64,000 nt of DNA from an uncultured Spirochaetota bacterium. Lineage in GTDB: Bacteria; Spirochaetota; Spirochaetia; SZUA-6; Fen-1364. Of this stretch, positions 56,953 through 64,000 are shown in pieces. How positions within the stretch are numbered: position 1 is the stretch's first letter; each line of letters begins with the position of its first letter. Made by a program: the position numbers and the translations under genes. The DNA lies in assembly GCA_963781885.1 (NCBI GenBank), contig CAWAHW010000004.1, positions 352,001 to 416,000 of the forward strand, written 5' to 3'. The notes beneath the pieces are model-generated. The model ran no database searches, was not told where the DNA came from, and worked only from the letters and a program-made list of their open reading frames with translations.

Positions 56953-58493
56953 TTGACGATCCCATCCACCATTCTTGAAAATGCCTGCTCCGCGTGCGCC
57001 GCCGGCGCTTCCGCGTAGATGAGCTGCTCGAAAAGGAGCGCTGCTTCCCGCAGAACGGACCCCTTGGAAGGGATGGCACGCTCGAGACGCCGCGCGTACT
57101 CCGCCGGTCCTTCGGCCGCCGTGAAGGCGACACCGGCCTTCCTTCCCCAGCGCGCCAGGCGCTGGTAGTCGCGCACGGCCCTCTGCGCGGCCCGGTGTCG
57201 GGCGCGGCTCCCCGCGGTCCCCGGCCGAGCCTTCGCGCCCGCGGCAGGCGCGCGCAAGGAGCCGACGATGGCCCGCGGGACGGACGCGAGGCCCCTGCCC
57301 GATGCCCGCATCCATTGAGAGATGGCGTGGGGCAGCTGGAGCAGGAAACGACCAAGGGAGCTGAGGCACCGCAGAAGGGTCTTGAGCGGGTGCATCTGCC
57401 CGGCCGACGCGCGGGTATCGCGCAGCAGGAGCGGCCGGATCACGAAGTAGAGGAGCGCGATTCCCGCCGCAATCGCAATGCCAATGCGTGCGACATGGAA
57501 GATCCGCACGAGAAGATCGGACTCAGTCAAACGTGAAAGACCGGTCGGCGGCAAGAGGGGACCGCGGGGTATCTCCGGCTGCTCCCCGTTTCCCGGGGAC
57601 GCCGCGGGAAGCGATCGGGGTACGGGAAGGAGGCTGAGCAGCCAGAGGAAAAAGCGCCCAAGCGCGGCAAGCGACCCGACAGCCGGGGGAGCGGAGAGGA
57701 ACAGGCTCGCGATGAGGATGACACCAATGCCCGCGAGGGAGCCGCCGATCCGCCGCAGATCGCGGCCCGGGCCATGATCCACTCCCGCACCGCTTTCGAG
57801 CTGGTCATAGGAGAAAAGACCGAAGAGGACGATCGCGGCGCAGCCGCAGATGACGTGGATGAAGATCCGCACGGTATCCCACGCGGAAAGGGCGGGAGCG
57901 GAGACCACCACACGCGCCGCCATGAGGAGCACAAAGGGCACAAGGATGAATGCTTCGAGCATCAGGGTCGTGCCGCGCAGCCTCCGAAGGGCTTGCTGGG
58001 ATTCAGTCGCTTCCCCACTTGCATCGCGGGCGGCGCGGACGAGCGCGTGGCCGGTGGCGCCGCCCAGGAGAGAGAGAAACAGCTCGCGAGGCCGAAGGGC
58101 ATCCTGGATCCGCAGGGTGAGGAGCCACTGGAGGCCGCAGAGGACGAGCGGCCAGACGAGCGCCGGCCCAAGGGGATTCCAGTCGCCGCGGAAGGGCCCT
58201 CCGCCCAGGAGCAGCAGGAGCGCGGCGACACAGACAAAGGTGAGGAGGGCCTCCCGGATGCGGGGGAAAAAGCCGGTGACGCGCCGCGTCCCCAGCGCGT
58301 TGGACACCACGGTGCGGCTGACGCCGGTCACGAGCACGACGAGGAGAAACGCGGGCGGGGGTGCAGGAATCGTACCCGGGAGAATGCCGCCGCGGACCAG
58401 GGCGTCGAGCGCCTGGACGAATGAGAAGGGCAGGAGGACGGAGACCAGGGGATGAAGAGACGAGCGCAGCATCGACAGGCGCGATTCACGCAT
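56949..58493 (-). CDS. Multi-TM membrane protein with C-terminal DUF4129-like domain
   Basis: Hydrophobic helices; C-terminal YQRL...EGPAEYARRL...FEQLIY. Confidence 0.65.
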   Translation of the reverse strand: MRESRLSMLRSSLHPLVSVLLPFSFVQALDALVRGGILPGTIPAPPPAFLLVVLVTGVSRTVVSNALGTRRVTGFFPRIREALLTFVCVAALLLLLGGGPFRGDWNPLGPALVWPLVLCGLQWLLTLRIQDALRPRELFLSLLGGATGHALVRAARDASGEATESQQALRRLRGTTLMLEAFILVPFVLLMAARVVVSAPALSAWDTVRIFIHVICGCAAIVLFGLFSYDQLESGAGVDHGPGRDLRRIGGSLAGIGVILIASLFLSAPPAVGSLAALGRFFLWLLSLLPVPRSLPAASPGNGEQPEIPRGPLLPPTGLSRLTESDLLVRIFHVARIGIAIAAGIALLYFVIRPLLLRDTRASAGQMHPLKTLLRCLSSLGRFLLQLPHAISQWMRASGRGLASVPRAIVGSLRAPAAGAKARPGTAGSRARHRAAQRAVRDYQRLARWGRKAGVAFTAAEGPAEYARRLERAIPSKGSVLREAALLFEQLIYAEAPAAHAEQAFSRMVDGIVK

Positions 58494-59670
58494 CGACGCC
58501 CGGCTTTCCATCGGAGGAATGGACGTGGGAGCGGATGCCGGTCATTTCCGTGTCCGCCCTCGCCGTCGCCGCGGAGGTGACGAAAAAGACCTCCAGCTCC
58601 CAGCCTTTGCGGGCAAGGGCATGCAGCCCGGCGCGGCGCTCGGGCGGAAGCGGCGGGGTCACGGCGATGATCCGCGTCCCCGTGCGGACGGCGACCCCCG
58701 CGCCGCCGGCCAGCCGCGTGAAATCGCCGCCGCCGCGGTCGGGCGCCGCGCGGGCCAGCTCTTCGAGCATCCTCACCGCGTGGCCCGTGCCCGCGCGAAT
58801 GGGCACCGCGATCGGACCGTCGCCCGCGCCCGCCATTCGACTGGCGAGCGCCGCCAGGCCAACCTCCTGTTTCATGCCGATGAAATACACGACAAGCGAC
58901 GCCGCGAGCTCGATGGCCCTCTCCATGTGATGGTGCCTGCCGTCGAGGGGGTAATCCGACGCGGAGAGGTTCAGGAGCACGAGCACGGGAAAATAGAGCG
59001 AGGGCACGTACTCCATGGTGTGGAGCTTCCCCAGCCGCGCCGACACCTTCCAGTTGATGCGGCGAAGCTCGTCGCCGGGGACGTATTCCCGCAGCGAACG
59101 GTACCTGCTCACGTCCTCGTAGAGCCGGTTGGCAACGACAAGCGAGCCCGCGGGCAGCCCGCGCCTGTGCTCCAGCGACACGGGAAAAACCGCGGGGTAC
59201 ACGATGAGCGTCGTCGTCGATTCATACGCCTTGCCCCACGGCCGAAGCGCAAACGGCCCGGGTCCTGAAACCTGCGCCGGGCCGATCCGGAACTCGCCCC
59301 TTTCCCGCGTTTCCGCCTCCCAGCTCAGGATCGTCGTCCCGCGCGGCGCGAGATCGACGCGGAACACCGGCGGGGCGTCGGGGAACAGACCGCCGGGTGC
59401 GTCGACAATCAGCACGGAGCGCAGGGGCAGGGGCCAGCGGTTCCGCACCTCGAGGCTGACGACGACCTTCTGCGTCCTGTTGACCCGCAGCACGGGATCC
59501 CGGCGTGACACCGACACGGCGCCGGGAAGCAGCCAACGCGCGGTCGCGGGCATCCCCACCATCAGAGAAAGAAAGATTCCGAGCAGCCGCACCTCGCGGA
59601 ATGGGGCAAAGGCAAAGCAGAGCAGAAAAAGGATGATGAGCGCGATGTCTCCCCGGGCGAGCGGTCTCAC
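58486..59670 (-). CDS. DUF58 domain protein
   Basis: ERGEF, VYP, LREYVPGDELRRINWKVSAR. Confidence 0.88.
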   Translation of the reverse strand: MRPLARGDIALIILFLLCFAFAPFREVRLLGIFLSLMVGMPATARWLLPGAVSVSRRDPVLRVNRTQKVVVSLEVRNRWPLPLRSVLIVDAPGGLFPDAPPVFRVDLAPRGTTILSWEAETRERGEFRIGPAQVSGPGPFALRPWGKAYESTTTLIVYPAVFPVSLEHRRGLPAGSLVVANRLYEDVSRYRSLREYVPGDELRRINWKVSARLGKLHTMEYVPSLYFPVLVLLNLSASDYPLDGRHHHMERAIELAASLVVYFIGMKQEVGLAALASRMAGAGDGPIAVPIRAGTGHAVRMLEELARAAPDRGGGDFTRLAGGAGVAVRTGTRIIAVTPPLPPERRAGLHALARKGWELEVFFVTSAATARADTEMTGIRSHVHSSDGKPGVDA

Positions 59671-60628
59671 GAAGACGCCTGCGACGCGCCGGACGGCGCG
59701 GCGGGGATCCGCAGGAGGATTTCATCGATGACATTCTCTTCCGTGCATCCCCGCAGCAGATGCTCCGGTTTCACGCTGATGCGCTTCAGGAGCACGGCGG
59801 GAGCGAGCGCACGCACGTCGGCGGCCGCCGCGGCCTGCCTGCCCTGGAGCAGGGCCATCGCCTGGCTTCCCTTATAGAGTGCCATGGACGCGCGGGGCGA
59901 TGCTCCCCGCGAAAGCCGGGGCTCGCGCCGGGTTTCCTCCACGAGCGCGAGGATATAAGAGGAGACAGGGTCGGGCACCGGCACGGAGAGCACCCTTGCC
60001 TGCAGGGCAACGAGTGCCGCGGGGTCCGTGATCGCGGTGAGGAGCGTCACGGGATGCGCGAGGCTGCTCTGCGCCGTCATGATCTCTTCCTCCGCCTCGG
60101 GAGGCGGGTATCCCATGCGGAGGCTGAGGAAGAACCTGTCCTTCTGGGCCTCGGGAAGCGGAAACGTGCCGTCGAACTCCACGGGATTCTCCGTGGCAAT
60201 GAGGAGGAAGGGCCGGGGCAGAGGAATGGTCCGTCCTTCCAGGCTCACCTGCCCGTCCGCCATGGCCTCCAGGAGCGCCGACTGCGTGCGCGGGGTCGCC
60301 CGGTTTATCTCGTCGACGAGCAGCACATTCGTCATGACGGGCCCTTCGCGCAGCTCGAAACGGGTGCTGCGGGGGTTGTAGACGGACACGCCCAGGACGT
60401 CCGCGGGAAGCAGGTCAGGCGTGCACTGGATGCGGCGGAATTTCCCCCCAGGGAAGCGGACAGCGCCCGCGCGAGGATCGTCTTGCCGACGCCCGGCACG
60501 TCTTCCAGCAGGACGTGCCCGTTGCAGAGCAGGGCCACGACGATCCTTTCAATCACGGCGCGCTTGCCATACACCACGCGCTCGACGTTTTTCACGAGCG
60601 CGGCGGCAAACTCCTCGACGCCGGTCAT
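59667..60628 (-). CDS. moxR: MoxR-family AAA+ ATPase, copy 1; one-base frameshift at about 60444-60449
   Basis: MTGVEEF...EDVPGVGKT joins KFRRIQCTPDLLP...DEINRA if one G is added to the G6 run. Confidence 0.88.
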
Positions 60629-61551
60629 GCCGCGCCGTGCGGTGACGCCGCCAGCGCGGCGGCGATGGCGCAGCCGAGATCGACGTTGTTGAGGAAAAGC
60701 CGCACGTTCGTCTCCAGCGCGCCGCCGCCAGAGAGCTCGACGATGCGCGAGAGCAGGAACGGCGTCACGGCCTTTCCGTGGATATTGCGCGCATCGAGAT
60801 CCCGCAGCGCCGTCTCGATCCAGCCGCTCATGGTCTCGCGCGGGATCTCTGATTCCGACGGCACGGGGTTGGCGACGAGGATACCCTGCGGCGCGCCCAG
60901 GGAGCGCTGCGCGCGGAGCACTCGCGCGATCTCGGCGGCAGATTCGACTTTCAGCGGCACGGGCAGACCGCTCGCGCGCGAGTAGAAGGCGGGGAACTCG
61001 GCCGTCTGGAAGCCGAGCACGGGAACGCCGAGCGTTTCCAGAACCTCCAGCGTCTTCGGCAAGTCGAGTATCGCCTTTGCCCCCGCGGAGACGACACAGA
61101 CGGACGTGGCGGCAAGCTCCGTCATGTCCGCTGAAACGTCGAATGTGCCCTCTGCGCCGCGATGCACCCCGCCGATGCCGCCCGTGGCGAACACGTCGAT
61201 GCCCGCCAGACGCGCCGCCCACATGGTGGCGCTCACGGTCGTCGCACCGGTCTTGCGATTTGCCAGGGCCCACGCGAGGTCACGCCGCGAGACCTTGAGC
61301 ACGCCCTTTTCCGTTGCAAGACGATCCAGCTCTGCCGCGCCCAGTCCGATGAATATCCTGCCGTCCAGCACCGCAACGGTGGCGGGTATCGCACCCTTGC
61401 CGCGCGCCAGAGCCTCGGCCGCACGGGCGGTTTCCAGGTTGCGCGGGTAGGGCATGCCGTGACTGATGATCGTCGATTCGAAAGCGATGACGGGTGCGCC
61501 GGCGGCCAGCGCGTTGGCGACCTCCGGGGTCAGGTGCAGGAACTCGTTCAC
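60625..61551 (-). CDS. psuG: Pseudouridine-5'-phosphate glycosidase
   Basis: ESTIISHGMPYP, KVSRRDL, GATTVSATM, ATGGIGGVHRG, DVSADM, GKAVTPFLL. Confidence 0.95.
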   Translation of the reverse strand: MNEFLHLTPEVANALAAGAPVIAFESTIISHGMPYPRNLETARAAEALARGKGAIPATVAVLDGRIFIGLGAAELDRLATEKGVLKVSRRDLAWALANRKTGATTVSATMWAARLAGIDVFATGGIGGVHRGAEGTFDVSADMTELAATSVCVVSAGAKAILDLPKTLEVLETLGVPVLGFQTAEFPAFYSRASGLPVPLKVESAAEIARVLRAQRSLGAPQGILVANPVPSESEIPRETMSGWIETALRDLDARNIHGKAVTPFLLSRIVELSGGGALETNVRLFLNNVDLGCAIAAALAASPHGAA

Positions 61552-62376
61552 GTCGTCTCCTTTGCAAGACGGTCTTCCACAACGCTCATTGCATTGCGGA
61601 CCGCGGCGCGCATCTCCACGCCCTTGTGCAGCTCGGAGATGAGGGCGGCAAGAAGCAGGTCACCGGCGCCCGTGGTGTCGCGCGCGTCCACGCGCCGGCC
61701 GGGGCTCCAGTCCTCGCGCGCCCCGGCGTGGTACAGGCTGAGCCCGTTCTCCCCGCGCGTCACGACGATCGTCTTGATGCGCCGGTCCGCCATGAACCGG
61801 GGGATGTCGCGAATGCCCAGGACGTCCATCTCCTCCTCCGTGGGCGTCAGGAGGAAAAGGTCGTGGAGCGACGCGGCGTGACGCGCCGCTTTCTCAACGG
61901 AGACAGGTTCGACGACGAGGCGCGTGGCCCCCGCGTAGCTGTCCACAAGCCGCGCGAGAAGCGCCGCGGAGAGATTTGCGTCCAGGATGAGGAAGTCCGC
62001 AGGCGCCGGCGCGCCAAGAGAGCGCTCGAACGAAGTCCGCGGACAGAGCCTGCTCGATGATGCGGAAGTCGGACGCGGCGACCTTGAGGCTCCCGCTCTC
62101 CATGAGAGCGAGATACAGCGGCGGACGCGCCTCCTTGTCCGTCACGGACTGGATGATGACGCTGCCGTCCGCTTCCAGCGCCTCCCGCGCCCACCGCGAA
62201 ATGGGGTCGGCCGCGAGGGCCGTGATGAAGCGCTTCGGTCCCTCCAGATTGCTGAATATGCGGTAGCCGACCCCGCCCAGCCCCATGCGGATGTCCGACG
62301 GATTTGAGGTGCCGTCGAGAAAAACCTCCCGCATCGCGATCAGGTCGATGCCGACCGCCCCCACCACCTGGATCAT
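61548..62376 (-). CDS. psuK: PfkB-family kinase, probable pseudouridine kinase; frameshift near 62018
   Basis: VVGAVGID, GGVG; second frame LILDANL, EPVS, VTRGENG, DTTGAGD; coupled to psuG. Confidence 0.8.
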
Positions 62377-62447
62377 GAATCCACCATGCCCCCTCCACCG
62401 ACGCCCTGTCAATTCTCCGCGCACTGTGGTATCAATGAAGCCTTCCC

Positions 62448-64000
62448 ATGGCACACGAAGGCTCAAAGCAAGGTCAGGACGTCGTTCTCAAGGCAGGGCT
62501 GATCGTTGACGGAACCGGCGGGGCCCCCTACACGGCGAACGTCCTGATCCGGGCCGGCAGGATCGGCCGCATCACGACGAAGCCCGTGCGCACCACGGGG
62601 ACCGTCATCGACTGCGCGGGCCGCGTCGTCGCGCCCGGTTTCATCGACGCACATTCCCACCTCGACTGGCATATTCCGCTCAAGGGGCACGACGAGCTCC
62701 GATACCCCTTTCTCGCGCAAGGCATCACGACCGTCGTCGCGGGCAATTGCGGAATCGCCGCGGCGGGCATCCGCCCGGGCAGCGCGTGGAAGAAGCTGAT
62801 CGCGGAACGCCCCGCCGGCGCCGGCCTCTTGCAGATGCAGTGGGACACGGTGGAGGAATACTACGACAGGCTCGCCTCGTCGGGCGCAAGCCACAATATC
62901 GCGATCCTGGCGGGACACGGGAGCACGCGCGCATCCATCCGGGGGCTGGAGACCTCGCCCCTCCATCCCTACGAATCCAAGGAGCTGCTCTACCTTCTGG
63001 AAGCCGCGATGGACCAGGGGGCGCGCGGCGTCTCGCTCGGTCTGCAGGACGAGCCGGGCATGTACGCCCACGTGGAAGAGCTGCGCGAAGTGGCGCGCCT
63101 GGTCAAGCGCAAGAACAGGATCCTCGCGGTCCACCTGCGCGCGTATTCCGCGCTCGCCCCGGGCTACCGCATCCGCAGCTTCGGCGAACCGCACAACCTG
63201 ATCGCCCTGCGTGAAGCGCTCGATCTTGCCCGCGCGACCGGCGCGCGCCTCCAGGTGTCCCACCTCCAGTTCGTCGGGTCGCGCACCTGGCGCACCGCCG
63301 ACAGGGCAGCCGCGCTGATCGACGAGGCAATCACCGACGGCGTCGACGTGCGATTCGACCTCTCACCCCATCCCTGCGCCGCGACCACGATCGGTCTTCT
63401 CCTGCCTCCCTGGTTCGTCGCGCGCGGAGCGGACGCCTACACCGACCAGTCGTCGCTGCGGAGGCTGGGCCGGGAAACGCGCGCGGTGGAGAGACGGCTC
63501 GGTTTCGGCCCGGCCGACGTCCAGCTCGTCGATGCGCTCGACACGGAGCTCGCCGATTGCAACGGGAGATTCCTCAACGAGATCGCGCGGCTGCGGCGGA
63601 CGAGCACGGTCGATACGCTGATCGAGATCGCGCGCAGGAGCGGAGGCCGCGCGCGCGTTCTCTGCCACCGCGCGAGCACGAATCATATCGTGGAGTCGCT
63701 CATGCGGCACCCGGCAAGCATTTTCATGACCAACGCGCGCGTGGAGCCGCGGGGCGCGCAGAACCCCTCCGCCTACGGGGCGTTTCCCCGGCTGCTCCAG
63801 ATCGCCCGGGACCGCCGCGTCCTGTCCCTCGAGGAGGCGGTCCACAAGATGACCGGCGCAACGGCGGATCGTTTCGGTCTGGCCGAACGGGGGCTCCTCA
63901 AGGAGGGGAACGCGGCGGACGTCGTGGTCTTCGATTGGAGCACGGTCGCCGACAACTCCACCGGCGCGGAGCCCGACGCCGCGCCAACCGGCATCGACTA
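62448..64000 (+). CDS. N-acyl-D-amino-acid deacylase-like amidohydrolase (3' end runs off the window; frameshift near 62526)
   Basis: Manual translation: IVDGTGGP, then after adding one C, APGFIDAHSH, QGITTVVAGNCG, HLR, EEAVHKMTG, RGLLKEGNAADVVVFD. Confidence 0.82.
   Translation, partial: MAHEGSKQGQDVVLKAGLIVDGTGGAPYTANVLIRAGRIGRITTKPVRTTGTVIDCAGRVVAPGFIDAHSHLDWHIPLKGHDELRYPFLAQGITTVVAGNCGIAAAGIRPGSAWKKLIAERPAGAGLLQMQWDTVEEYYDRLASSGASHNIAILAGHGSTRASIRGLETSPLHPYESKELLYLLEAAMDQGARGVSLGLQDEPGMYAHVEELREVARLVKRKNRILAVHLRAYSALAPGYRIRSFGEPHNLIALREALDLARATGARLQVSHLQFVGSRTWRTADRAAALIDEAITDGVDVRFDLSPHPCAATTIGLLLPPWFVARGADAYTDQSSLRRLGRETRAVERRLGFGPADVQLVDALDTELADCNGRFLNEIARLRRTSTVDTLIEIARRSGGRARVLCHRASTNHIVESLMRHPASIFMTNARVEPRGAQNPSAYGAFPRLLQIARDRRVLSLEEAVHKMTGATADRFGLAERGLLKEGNAADVVVFDWSTVADNSTGAEPDAAPTGID

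Noticed and set aside
14-63994. Many long antisense or off-frame ORFs (e.g. 14-1081, 8147-10066, 10241-12298, 27364-29025, 30153-31811, 35939-37633)
   Set aside because: Shadow ORFs expected from high-GC codon bias; they overlap well-supported genes and have no recognisable motifs

Overview
GC-rich bacterial chromosomal segment, densely coding, from an apparently anaerobic organism. A free-living spirochaete is plausible but cannot be shown from this window. I see no rRNA, tRNA, CRISPR array, integrase or transposase. Main blocks: (1) 1-12.1 kb, mixed metabolism: Zn-dependent dehydrogenase, sugar isomerase, truD, stand-alone carbamate kinase, CBS-ACT protein, aminotransferase, CBS-type PPase, STAS protein and a Rieske-FAD reductase. 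(2) An orphan motAB pair followed by a 12-gene operon (13.9-23.8 kb) for a membrane-bound group 4 [NiFe]-hydrogenase, with homologues of all 11 core complex I subunits plus a HycI protease. (3) An ankyrin/beta-propeller lipoprotein, dedA, a K+-independent H+-PPase, a KimA-like APC transporter, orphan exbBD, LiaF-like genes and a MenA/UbiA prenyltransferase. (4) A complete reductive pyrimidine catabolic cluster (36.0-48.4 kb) with two non-homologous candidate ureidopropionases. (5) gdhA coupled to an atypical PEP-synthase-like ATP-grasp protein, an M16 peptidase pair, a psuK-psuG-moxR-DUF58-DUF4129-moxR operon, and a truncated N-acyl-D-amino-acid deacylase. Six genes carry small frameshifts in short repeats, most likely long-read consensus errors; these produce artefactual ORFs in the supplied track. 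All calls come from motif recognition by eye; no database search was run.
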